This document shows, in pieces, positions 27,971-37,237 of a stretch of DNA of 64,000 bases (the first letter of the stretch is position 1; every line of letters starts with the position of its first letter). This DNA comes from Candidatus Magasanikbacteria bacterium GW2011_GWA2_37_8 (lineage in GTDB: Bacteria > Patescibacteriota > Patescibacteriia > Magasanikbacterales > GWA2-37-8), in NCBI GenBank assembly GCA_000992085.1, contig LBTN01000005.1, forward strand, positions 4,999-68,998, read 5' to 3'. Under the pieces are notes generated by a model. It had not been told where the DNA came from. It ran no database searches and worked only from the letters and a program-made list of their open reading frames with translations. The position numbers and the translations under genes are program-made.

Positions 27971-28486
27971 CTAAGACAACTTTTTTAAAATCTCCTCACC
28001 AAATTCTTTGGCTGCGGCAGGGCCGCTGGCGGTAATAAGATTATTATCAACTACTACCGGTTTGTGCACATACCCTGCGTTAACAGCAGACAAAATTTCT
28101 TCTAATTTATTATCTCCGTCCCAGCCAGTAATTTTGCGCCCTTTTAAAACTTGGGCATTAGCTAAAATTCGTGGTGAAATACAAATTGCTCCCCAAAATT
28201 TTTCACTAGCCGCAACCTCACGTATAATTTTATAAGATTTTTCATTATCCAAATATTCTAATGCCCCCGGACCACCAATAAAAAATATACCATCGTAATC
28301 ACCTGCTACCACTTTATCCAAAAGTATATCAACTTCTGTTTCGCTATTATCAATGGCGACTGCTTTGCCCAAACTATTGCTAGCAGTAATAACAGTAACA
28401 CCGCCCGCTTCTAAAATCGCTTTGGGAATAGCGTATTCTATTGGTTGATAATCTTTAGAAGCAACCACTAATAAAACTTTTTTCAT
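27971..28486 (-). CDS. DJ-1/PfpI family protein
   Basis: Class I glutamine amidotransferase-like fold (DGIFFIGGPG, nucleophile elbow AICISP). Confidence 0.8.
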   Translation of the reverse strand: MKKVLLVVASKDYQPIEYAIPKAILEAGGVTVITASNSLGKAVAIDNSETEVDILLDKVVAGDYDGIFFIGGPGALEYLDNEKSYKIIREVAASEKFWGAICISPRILANAQVLKGRKITGWDGDNKLEEILSAVNAGYVHKPVVVDNNLITASGPAAAKEFGEEILKKLS

Positions 28487-28487
28487 A

Positions 28488-29216
28488 CTATACTTTTTCG
28501 TTATAAAAATCTACATCTACCGCTGTATGAATACCACGCATCCGATTTAAATCTTGTTTGCGACCATGGAAAAAATCTACTGATTGGCAAACTGCTTCAT
28601 AATTTAATTCGGGGCCAAGAAGGCATAAACCGAATTCAAAACTACGTACCCTAGTTCTAATTTCGGCAGCTAAATTAGGATGATCTTGTTCTTTGTCTGC
28701 CAACCCTCGCATATCATCTAGCCGACCTCTTATTTCGGCTAACATTTCGGCAAAAGAAGCGACTCGTTCTAAATATTTATCTTTTTCTACACCCATTACT
28801 TTACGATTAACAAAATCGCGCAAATCTTTTTGCATTTCTACCAAAGCACTACACAATTCTCCACGTTCTTCGGGAATAAAATAATCAGCTGGCCTGCCAG
28901 AGTGCAAATCACGCAAAGTGCCGCCATAAGTTTTAAAATCTTGATATTTTTCTTGTGTACTTTTAGACAAACGAGGTAACAAAGAATGTTCGCCGATTTC
29001 ATTTTCTGCTAAAGCCAAAAATTCTTTATAAGCCTGATTCCACGGCCAAACTAAATAGCCAAAGTTAATCATGGTGTCTTCGATTTCTTCTACTGTCATA
29101 GTTTGGTCTTGCTCCAGATGTTCTAAAGCATGCTTCATTTTTTCTACTTCTTCTGTTGGAAATAACGGCGGCAAATGATCATAAAGATAACGAAAAAGTT
29201 TGATAGTTGATTGCAT
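28488..29216 (-). CDS. Hypothetical protein
   Basis: 242-aa ORF. Start taken at MQSTIK, downstream of a heptamer repeat. Confidence 0.4.
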   Translation of the reverse strand: MQSTIKLFRYLYDHLPPLFPTEEVEKMKHALEHLEQDQTMTVEEIEDTMINFGYLVWPWNQAYKEFLALAENEIGEHSLLPRLSKSTQEKYQDFKTYGGTLRDLHSGRPADYFIPEERGELCSALVEMQKDLRDFVNRKVMGVEKDKYLERVASFAEMLAEIRGRLDDMRGLADKEQDHPNLAAEIRTRVRSFEFGLCLLGPELNYEAVCQSVDFFHGRKQDLNRMRGIHTAVDVDFYNEKV

Positions 29217-29217
29217 A

Positions 29218-29248
29218 TAAAGGAGTAAGGAATAAAGAATAAGGAACA
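29218..29248. repeat. (GGARTAA)n repeat
   Basis: AAGGAGTAAGGAATAAAGAATAAGGAACAA between the four-helix-bundle gene and the downstream hypothetical gene. Confidence 0.7.
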
Positions 29249-29249
29249 A

Positions 29250-29600
29250 CTATTTTTTGTTGACTATAGACCAAATAATTTTGGCTAATTCATTAATCAA
29301 CAAAACCGTTTCTTTAAATTTTAATTCATTTAAATAATTTTGTTTTTTAGAAAAATTTATCAGATACCTGGTTTCTTCTAATGAACCAAAAGCAATAATT
29401 AAAAAACGTCTAAATTCATTTTTACTCTGCCTAGCAAACCCTTCAACAATATTTAATACCACCGACAAAGCAGATCTCCTCAGTTGTGACGTTAAACCAT
29501 ACAATTCATATTTTGGAAAACACTGTATAATTTCATAAATACTATTTGCCAACTTATCAGCCTTAACATACAATGGATTATTTTCACTTATCATAATCAC
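29250..29600 (-). CDS. Four-helix-bundle protein (23S rRNA intervening-sequence protein family)
   Basis: LTSQLRRSALSVVLNIVEG...FRRFLIIAFGSLEETRYL is a strong match to the TIGR02436/PF05635 signature. Confidence 0.7.
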   Translation of the reverse strand: MIMISENNPLYVKADKLANSIYEIIQCFPKYELYGLTSQLRRSALSVVLNIVEGFARQSKNEFRRFLIIAFGSLEETRYLINFSKKQNYLNELKFKETVLLINELAKIIWSIVNKK

Positions 29601-29632
29601 TTACTCCTTATTCTTTATTCCTTACTCCTTAT
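29597..29632. repeat. (GGARTAA)n repeat
   Basis: CACTTACTCCTTATTCTTTATTCCTTACTCCTTATA between the trmH-like gene and the four-helix-bundle gene. Confidence 0.7.
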
Positions 29633-30073
29633 ATCATACATAGCAATTCCAGTGGCAACACTTACATTTAAACTATTTTTTTTACCCTTCATTGGAATTT
29701 CGATTGACTCATCACAATATTTTAACAGCCCTTTGGTAACGCCGGTCTTTTCATTTCCTACTACCAAAACTATTGGGAGCTTTGGTTTCCACTTATATAT
29801 ATTAACACTATTTTTGGTTTGTTCCAAGGCAACAATATTATAGCCTTCGCTTTTTAACTGTTTCAAAACTCGCCAAGCCTGTTTTTCGTATTGCCAACTT
29901 ACCCATTTTTCTGCTCCAAGCGAAACTTTGGTAACTTTAATATCTTCGGGTTTGGGCGTATAGCCAGTTAAATAAATTTTATTTACCCCAGCACCATCAG
30001 CTGTTCGAAACATCGCCCCCACATTGTGGCAACTACGAATATTGGGTAATACCAAGATAAAATTGTCTTTCAT
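29615..30073 (-). CDS. SpoU/TrmH-family RNA 2'-O-methyltransferase
   Basis: SPOUT motifs (NVGAMFRTADGAGV, VVGNEKTGV, NVSVATGIAMY). Confidence 0.75.
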   Translation of the reverse strand: MKDNFILVLPNIRSCHNVGAMFRTADGAGVNKIYLTGYTPKPEDIKVTKVSLGAEKWVSWQYEKQAWRVLKQLKSEGYNIVALEQTKNSVNIYKWKPKLPIVLVVGNEKTGVTKGLLKYCDESIEIPMKGKKNSLNVSVATGIAMYDIRSKE

Positions 30074-30585
30074 AATTTTTTTAACCACAAACTTTGACCC
30101 GCGCAAAGCGCCACTGCCAAAGCGTCGGCAGCATCATCGGATTTTATTTTGTTTTTTAAACCCAAAATCATAGCCACTACTTTTTGCATTTGTTGTTTTT
30201 CTGCTCGTCCATAACCAGTAATGGCTTGTTTTACCTGAAGTGGAGTAAATTCGTCGATTGGTAAATTGTGTTGTACACCAGTTAAAAGTATTACCCCCCT
30301 AGCTTGGCCCACATCCATGGCCGTTTTGGCGTTTTTAAAAAAGAATAATTTTTCGACTGCCATTCGCGTAGGATGGTGTTTTTTTATCAAACGTAAAAGC
30401 TCGTCATGCATTTCTGCCAAACGTTCGACAAAACATTTTTTAGCCGAAGTTTCTAAACAACCAGCACAAACCGCCCTCCATTCTGAAGCATTTTTTCTTT
30501 CAATTATTCCATATCCCATCCGACCAAAACCCGGATCGATCCCCAATATTATTTCTTTTTTAATTTCCTGTTTTAATGTTTTCAT
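30070..30585 (-). CDS. ruvC: Crossover junction endodeoxyribonuclease RuvC
   Basis: ILGIDPGFGRMGYGI catalytic N-terminus. Confidence 0.85.
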   Translation of the reverse strand: MKTLKQEIKKEIILGIDPGFGRMGYGIIERKNASEWRAVCAGCLETSAKKCFVERLAEMHDELLRLIKKHHPTRMAVEKLFFFKNAKTAMDVGQARGVILLTGVQHNLPIDEFTPLQVKQAITGYGRAEKQQMQKVVAMILGLKNKIKSDDAADALAVALCAGQSLWLKKL

Positions 30586-30589
30586 GATA

Positions 30590-31324
30590 TTATTCTGCAT
30601 TGGTAAAATAATCCTGTACATCATCATTTTCTTCCAATTCCTCAAATAAGTCCTCTAATTTAGCACGCACTTCATCATCTACCACAACTTTATCTTTGGC
30701 AATCCATTGCAAACCAGATTCGTTTGGTTCGATATTTAATTCTTTTATTTTTTGTAAAACCTTAGTATAATTTTCCATTTTTGTTTTAATTATAACGCTA
30801 CCATCTTCATAAACAATATCATCGGCCCCAGCATCAATCATCTGCAGCTCAAAATCATCCTTATCTAAATTGGTAGCTTTAAATTTTTCATCACTTATTT
30901 CTATAATGCCTTTTTGATCAAACATCCACAAAACCGAACCAGCGTTACCAAGCGAACCGCCTCGCTTGGATAAAATATGTTTTAAATCCGAAACTGTGCG
31001 GTTTTTATTATCACTTAAAGTTTGAATGATTACAGCAATACCGTTGGCGCCATAACCTTCGTACAAAGCTTCTTCAATTTGTGCACCATCATTAATTTCG
31101 CCAGTACCACGTTTAATGGCTCGATCAATATTGTCTTTTGGCATACCCGCCGCCTTAGCCTTTTCTACCAAAAGACGCAAAGAAAAATTAGCATCCATTT
31201 TGTCTCCACCCGTTTTAGTAACAATACTTATCTGCTTGGCGTATTTAGAAAAAATATTACTACGAATAGCATCCTGCTTACCTTTACGGGCCTGAATATT
31301 GTGCCATTTTGAATGTCCGGACAT
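30590..31324 (-). CDS. yebC: YebC/PmpR family DNA-binding regulator
   Basis: MSGHSKWHNIQARKG signature N-terminus. Confidence 0.88.
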   Translation of the reverse strand: MSGHSKWHNIQARKGKQDAIRSNIFSKYAKQISIVTKTGGDKMDANFSLRLLVEKAKAAGMPKDNIDRAIKRGTGEINDGAQIEEALYEGYGANGIAVIIQTLSDNKNRTVSDLKHILSKRGGSLGNAGSVLWMFDQKGIIEISDEKFKATNLDKDDFELQMIDAGADDIVYEDGSVIIKTKMENYTKVLQKIKELNIEPNESGLQWIAKDKVVVDDEVRAKLEDLFEELEENDDVQDYFTNAE

Positions 31325-31447
31325 ATGTTTTAGATTAATTATTACAAGGGTATTTTAGGCTATTATAAGAGAAAAATCAAGATGGTTGCTTTATTAACCA
31401 AAATGGCATAAAATATTAGATAAACAAGATAAAATATATAGGATAAT

Positions 31448-31822
31448 ATGTCAGGCATAATTATAAAAAAATCAAAAATAAACAAAACAGGGGTGTTTGC
31501 TGACAAAAATTTTAAAAAGGGTGAAACTGTGTTAAAATGGAAACCAAAACAAATTTTAACAAAAAAAGAAATATCTACTTTACCAGAATCCGAAAAACAT
31601 TATGTCTACAATTCTGGCCCTAACGAATATGTTCTACAAAATACACCTGAAAGATATGTAAATCACTCTTGCGAACCAAATACGAAAGTGATTAACAAAA
31701 GCGACATCGCTATACGTGATATTAAAAAAGGAGAAGAAATAACTTCTGATTATTCTACAGATAACGCTACTATGCATTTTAAATGCAACTGCGATAACAA
31801 AAATTGTAAAAAGGATATATAA
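31448..31822 (+). CDS. SET-domain protein (putative lysine methyltransferase)
   Basis: NHSCEPN core, followed by a Cys-rich post-SET segment (KCNCDNKNCKK). Confidence 0.7.
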   Translation: MSGIIIKKSKINKTGVFADKNFKKGETVLKWKPKQILTKKEISTLPESEKHYVYNSGPNEYVLQNTPERYVNHSCEPNTKVINKSDIAIRDIKKGEEITSDYSTDNATMHFKCNCDNKNCKKDI

Positions 31823-31838
31823 AAAAACAATACTACCT

Positions 31839-32459
31839 ATGAACATCTACCTCGACGAATCATACAACCTACAAAAAACCAAAGGCAAGATGTTTGTTAG
31901 TATTAATGGTTTTTCGGTATTAAAAGCAGATCGTTTAAGAAAACGTTGGAAAAATGTTAGAAAACCATTTACTAAACATAAACGCCGTATTCACGCTACA
32001 GATCCATATTTTGAAGAATTGAGAACAAAGAGTATCTCGTTGTTAAATTCTTCTGATGTAACGATTTTATCAGTATTCCAGCTGGTCCAAGAAATCCCTT
32101 ATGATTATTTTGATAAAAACGACATGGATTTTGAAAAAATATATGCCAAGCTATTAAAGATGCTATTCAAGGAACTTTCACTTCAAGAATACAAACGAGC
32201 CAGAATTGTTATCGACTCACGCAAGCATCCAGGTGGACTTGCTGGAGCAAATAATTTTCAAAAAGATATTGATAATTTTTTAGAAAATGAATTTTCTGGC
32301 ACGCACTGTTCTTTTTTGCCTACACCATCATATTTGGATATTTTGGTTGAACTAGCAGATTTTGTTTCCAACGCTTTTTACAAATCCTACCAACAGGACG
32401 ACGATAAGATATTTAATCAGCTCGGATTTAAGCTTATACAAATCAAAAATCCGCTGTAA
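31839..32459 (+). CDS. DUF3800-like protein
   Basis: N-terminal MNIYLDESYN resembles the DUF3800 signature (xIYxDESG). Only 17 bp downstream of the SET gene. Confidence 0.45.
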   Translation: MNIYLDESYNLQKTKGKMFVSINGFSVLKADRLRKRWKNVRKPFTKHKRRIHATDPYFEELRTKSISLLNSSDVTILSVFQLVQEIPYDYFDKNDMDFEKIYAKLLKMLFKELSLQEYKRARIVIDSRKHPGGLAGANNFQKDIDNFLENEFSGTHCSFLPTPSYLDILVELADFVSNAFYKSYQQDDDKIFNQLGFKLIQIKNPL

Positions 32460-32628
32460 TGCGGATCTTCTGAAAGAGCCTTTTGGGAGTGTCCCTGCTT
32501 CAACGAGATGTTCTTGACGAGAACGCTCTCCACAAGGCTTTACCCTAAGGACTTATCTTCTAAATCCATTATACTATATTAATAAACATTTGTCAATAAT
32601 ACGTAGGTAAAAAAACATAATAAAACAT

Positions 32629-33273
32629 ATGAACAAAAATTATGAAGGTGGATTTGATTTGCATGGCCACACCACTAGTATGGAATGGTGGCGAGGGTTT
32701 GATATAGTAAATATGTCACCAGAACAAATGGTGACCGAAGCTAAAAAAACCGGGCTGGATGGTGTGGCTATTACTGACCACAATACAATCCGCGGTTTAG
32801 ACCGTGCTCTTAATGCTGCAGCAAAAGAAGGAATAATTGTTGTACCCGGCGCTGAAATTACTGCACATTATGGAATTAATTTCCCCCATATTTTAACATT
32901 AGGTTTAGACCCAGAAATAATAAAAAACGACCCTCTGCCACATCTAAAAGATCCAGAAACAGTAATAAAATGGGTGCACGATCATGGTGGGATTGCTGTT
33001 GCTACTCACCCTAGTGAACATGAAATTGCTGAAAAACAAAATCGACCAAAAATTGGCGGGTCAGACTTTCACGTAATGGGGCAGGTTGGTATTGTTCGTA
33101 CCAAAATTTTTAATGAAGCAAAAAATTGGCAAGATGTAGTCGAAGCAATTAAACAAGGTAAAACTGAACCATTTTTTAGACAAGACATTCCCGAAGAAAT
33201 GATAAAAAACTACGACCGCAAACCAATTTTACTAAAAACAGCCAAAGAAAAAATAAAATCACTTCTTGCATAA
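32629..33273 (+). CDS. PHP-domain metal-dependent phosphoesterase
   Basis: DLHGHT and AITDHN His motifs. Confidence 0.75.
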   Translation: MNKNYEGGFDLHGHTTSMEWWRGFDIVNMSPEQMVTEAKKTGLDGVAITDHNTIRGLDRALNAAAKEGIIVVPGAEITAHYGINFPHILTLGLDPEIIKNDPLPHLKDPETVIKWVHDHGGIAVATHPSEHEIAEKQNRPKIGGSDFHVMGQVGIVRTKIFNEAKNWQDVVEAIKQGKTEPFFRQDIPEEMIKNYDRKPILLKTAKEKIKSLLA

Positions 33274-33336
33274 ATTACCCACAACAAAAACACCCTCGAC
33301 ATTACATCGAGGGTGCTTTAAATTTGTATATCTGAA

Positions 33337-36300
33337 TTACTGCTTATACCCCGTACCAGCTGGAATTAGGCGGCCGATAATTACGTTTTCTTTTAGGCCT
33401 TCTAGGTAATCGATTTTACCAGTAATGGCGGTATTAATTAATACCTTGGCAGTTTCTTGGAACGAAGCAGAGGACAAGAAACTTTGAGTGGATAAAGCCA
33501 CACGACTAATACCAAGTAATAATTCACGAGCAGTAGCTAGTTGCATACCGTCTTTTTTAGCTTGGCGGTTAGCAAAATCTAATTGGGCTTTTTCTACTAC
33601 TTCGCCTGGCAACAAATCGGTTTCACCAGCATCTTCTACATAAACACGACTAAACATTTGACGAATAAGAAGTTCTACGTGTTTATCATTAACTTTCTGA
33701 CCTTGAGAAGAGTAAATGTTTTGTACTTCTTGCAAAATATATACCTGCACAGCCGAGCGGCCACGAAGTTCGAATAATTCTTGTAAATGTACACTACCAT
33801 CGGTTAATTGTTGACCCTTGGTTACTACATCACCTTGTTTTACAAACAATTTGTAACCCATTGGAATAATGTATTCGCGTACTTTTGGACCAGTGTAAGC
33901 CAAAGTAATAACATTTTTTACAATCTTAACTTCGCTGGTATATTTGGCAGTTATTTCTTCACCAGAAGCACCACGTACCACAATTACACTATCTTTTTCA
34001 ACAGTAGTACCATCTTTTACCATTACTTCATCGTCGGATGTTACTTTAATTTTGGTTTCATCCATGCCTTCAAACATCACGCGCACAATTTTCTGACCAC
34101 GACGGCCTTCGAAAATTTTCTTACCAGTAGCCGAAGTAACAATCTTGCCATCAGCATCTTCAATTTCGATAGTACCATCTACTTCGGATAATACCGCTTT
34201 GTGTTTTGGAGCACGACACTCGAACAATTCTTCTACACGAGGCAAGCCTTGGGTAATATCACCACCTACCACACCACCAGTATGGAAGGTACGAAGAGTA
34301 AGCTGAGTACCTGGTTCACCAATTGATTGAGCAGCAATTACACCAACGGCTGTACCCATTTCTACGGCACGGTTATGACCTAAATCAAAACCATAGCACT
34401 TGCGACAAACACCTTTGGATAATTTACATTGCAAAACACTGCGAACATGAATATTGTCGAGGCCTAATTCATCAACCAAACGCCCAGCTTTGTCATCAAT
34501 AGCTTCGCCAGCTTTTACAATTACTTCTTTACCATTTTTTACATCAGCCAAAACATAACGGCCCCAAACACGATCAGATAATTTTTCGCCCATTTCTTTA
34601 GATTGAGGGATAGTAAAGATTTCACCAGTAACATCACCACAATCTTCTTCGATAACCACTACATCTTGAGACACATCCACCAAACGACGAGTTAGGTAAC
34701 CAGCGTTAGCAGTACGAAGAGCCGTATCAGACAAACCTTTTCTGGTACCATGGGAAGAAATGAAATATTCTAGCACTTCAAAGCCTTCTTTAAAGTTGCC
34801 CTTTACTGGTAATTCGATAATATCGCCAGATGGAGATACTACCAAACCTTTCATACCAATAACCTGACCAAGTTGTCCCCAAGTACCACGGGCACCAGAA
34901 TCAATCATGGCAAACACCGGACCATTTTTATCCAAAGTTTGTTGATTGTTGGCTACGATCTTATCTTTAGTTTCAGACCAAATTTCTAAAATCTTAGCAT
35001 GACGTTCGGCTTGAGTTAACAAACCTTCTTGATATTGAGTTTCTACTTCAACCACTCGCAAATCAGCTTCTTTTAATAATTGTGGTTTTTCTTCAATTTT
35101 AGGGAAATCGGCAGCACCAAGAGAATAACCAGATTTGGTAACATAGCGATAACCAAGATTTTTTAATTCGTCCAAGAAATATGCGGTTTCTTGTTGACCG
35201 TAGATTTCCAAACAGCGACGAATAATCTCGGCTAATTTTTTAACAGTAATAGTTTCGTTGTAATAATGCAACTTCTCTGGCAAAATTTCATTAAAGAATA
35301 CACGGCCAACGGAAGTTTCAATTAGTTTAGAACCTTCAGGAAAACGACCAGCTTGTTCTACCATTCGTACTTTTACTCGTTCATGCAAAGTAACTTTGCG
35401 ACATTTGTAAGCTAATTTAGCTTCTTTTTCGGAATAGAAATAACGAGTGGTTGGAGCAGTATCGTCTACACTGTAATGGGTGAGATAAAAACAACCCAAA
35501 GCAATATCCTGTTTTGGAGTAATTACTGGTTGACCAGTAGCTGGTTTAAGCAAGTTCTTTTCGGCAGCCATTAAGTTTTCTGCTTCCCAACGAGCTTCGG
35601 CAGTTAATGGTAAATGCACAGCCATTTGGTCGCCGTCGAAGTCAGCGTTGAAAGCAGTACAAACCAAAGGATGTAATTGAATAGCTTTACCTTCTACCAA
35701 TCGTGGATGAAAAGCTTGAATACCCAAACGATGCAAAGTTGGAGCGCGGTTTAACATCACGCGAGTATTTTTGGTTAATTCTTCCAAAATATCCCACACT
35801 TCATCTTTTTCTGATTCGATAAAACGACCAGCACTGCGAACATTGTGGGCCAACTCACGACGAATAATTTCGCCCATGATAAATGGTTTAAATAATTCCA
35901 AAGCCATGCGTTTTGGCAAACCACATTCATCGATGTTTAATTGTGGGCCTACCACGATAACCGAACGACCAGAATAGTCGACACGTTTACCAAGCAAGTT
36001 TTGACGGAAACGACCTTGTTTACCTTTTAAAATATCTGCCAAAGAACGCAATTGACGTTTTTGACCAGTGGCCGCTACTACAGTTTTGGAATGGCGAGCA
36101 TTGTTGTCGATTAAAGCATCAACCGCTTCTTGCAACATGCGTTTTTCGTTACGACAAATAACTTCTGGAGCATCCAGATCAAGCAAACGACGTAAACGAT
36201 TGTTGCGGTTGATAACACGACGATATAAATCATTTAAATCAGAGGTAGCAAATCGGCCACCGTCTAATGCCACCATTGGACGCAAATCTGGTGGAATAAC

Positions 36301-37209
36301 CGGAATACACTTCATAATAGTCCACTCTGGGCGGATATTATTGATAAACAAGCTCTTTAATAATTTTTTACGACGAATCAAACGTTCTAATTTAGAACCT
36401 TTGGAGGTTTTTTGTTCTTCGGTAATACGTTTAATGGTTTCTCCTAAATCAATTCTCTCGAGTAAACGATAAATCGCTTCGCCACCAATCATTGCTTCAA
36501 ACAAATGACCAAAACGTAAAGATAAATCTTGATATTTGTTTTCAGAAATTACTTTCATTACCTGTAATTCTTTTAAATCACGATCAGCGGATTGAAAATC
36601 TTCTTCTAATGCTTTTACTTTGCGTTCTGATTCTTGTTGAATTTCTTCCAAAGCTTTTTTATCGGCTTTAGCATCAGCTGCAGCTTGCATGGCTTGTTCT
36701 TTTTCTTTTTCAATTTGTTTACGTTTGCTTTTAAATTCTTGGCGCAACAATTCTACAGTTTGTTGTTTTTCGGCTTCATTAACATTCGAGATAATAAAAG
36801 AAGCAAAATAAATTACTTTTTCTAAAGCCATTACCGATAAATCCAAAATCAAACCAATTTTAGAAGGCACCGAACGTAAAAACCAGATATGAGAAACTGG
36901 AGCAGCCAATTCGATATGGCCCATGCGTTCACGACGCACGAGTGAAGTGGTAACTTCAACACCGCACTTGTCGCAAACAATTCCTTTGTAACGAATTTTT
37001 TTGTATTTACCACAATAACATTCCCAATCCTTGGTTGGACCAAAAATTTCTTCAGCAAACAAACCGCCTTTTTCTGGCTTTTGTGTGCGATAGTTAATGG
37101 TTTCTGGTTTACTAACTTCGCCAAAAGACCATTCGCGAATTGCTTCGGGAGAAGCTAGGCGCAAACGAATCGCGTCGAAGTCCATGGAACGAATTTGATC
37201 TCGAGTCAT
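33337..37209 (-). CDS. rpoC: DNA-directed RNA polymerase subunit beta'
   Basis: NADFDGDQMAVH catalytic motif and zinc-binding Cys clusters. Start taken at MTRDQIRS (the track start overlaps rpoB). Confidence 0.93.
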   Translation of the reverse strand: MTRDQIRSMDFDAIRLRLASPEAIREWSFGEVSKPETINYRTQKPEKGGLFAEEIFGPTKDWECYCGKYKKIRYKGIVCDKCGVEVTTSLVRRERMGHIELAAPVSHIWFLRSVPSKIGLILDLSVMALEKVIYFASFIISNVNEAEKQQTVELLRQEFKSKRKQIEKEKEQAMQAAADAKADKKALEEIQQESERKVKALEEDFQSADRDLKELQVMKVISENKYQDLSLRFGHLFEAMIGGEAIYRLLERIDLGETIKRITEEQKTSKGSKLERLIRRKKLLKSLFINNIRPEWTIMKCIPVIPPDLRPMVALDGGRFATSDLNDLYRRVINRNNRLRRLLDLDAPEVICRNEKRMLQEAVDALIDNNARHSKTVVAATGQKRQLRSLADILKGKQGRFRQNLLGKRVDYSGRSVIVVGPQLNIDECGLPKRMALELFKPFIMGEIIRRELAHNVRSAGRFIESEKDEVWDILEELTKNTRVMLNRAPTLHRLGIQAFHPRLVEGKAIQLHPLVCTAFNADFDGDQMAVHLPLTAEARWEAENLMAAEKNLLKPATGQPVITPKQDIALGCFYLTHYSVDDTAPTTRYFYSEKEAKLAYKCRKVTLHERVKVRMVEQAGRFPEGSKLIETSVGRVFFNEILPEKLHYYNETITVKKLAEIIRRCLEIYGQQETAYFLDELKNLGYRYVTKSGYSLGAADFPKIEEKPQLLKEADLRVVEVETQYQEGLLTQAERHAKILEIWSETKDKIVANNQQTLDKNGPVFAMIDSGARGTWGQLGQVIGMKGLVVSPSGDIIELPVKGNFKEGFEVLEYFISSHGTRKGLSDTALRTANAGYLTRRLVDVSQDVVVIEEDCGDVTGEIFTIPQSKEMGEKLSDRVWGRYVLADVKNGKEVIVKAGEAIDDKAGRLVDELGLDNIHVRSVLQCKLSKGVCRKCYGFDLGHNRAVEMGTAVGVIAAQSIGEPGTQLTLRTFHTGGVVGGDITQGLPRVEELFECRAPKHKAVLSEVDGTIEIEDADGKIVTSATGKKIFEGRRGQKIVRVMFEGMDETKIKVTSDDEVMVKDGTTVEKDSVIVVRGASGEEITAKYTSEVKIVKNVITLAYTGPKVREYIIPMGYKLFVKQGDVVTKGQQLTDGSVHLQELFELRGRSAVQVYILQEVQNIYSSQGQKVNDKHVELLIRQMFSRVYVEDAGETDLLPGEVVEKAQLDFANRQAKKDGMQLATARELLLGISRVALSTQSFLSSASFQETAKVLINTAITGKIDYLEGLKENVIIGRLIPAGTGYKQ

Positions 37210-37237
37210 AAAATGAAATTTAAAGAATTTTTTAAAA

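Noticed and set aside
29250-29600. 23S rRNA intervening sequence
   Set aside because: The four-helix-bundle protein family is named for its occurrence in 23S IVS elements, but no rRNA gene is present in this window. It is treated as an ordinary stand-alone gene.
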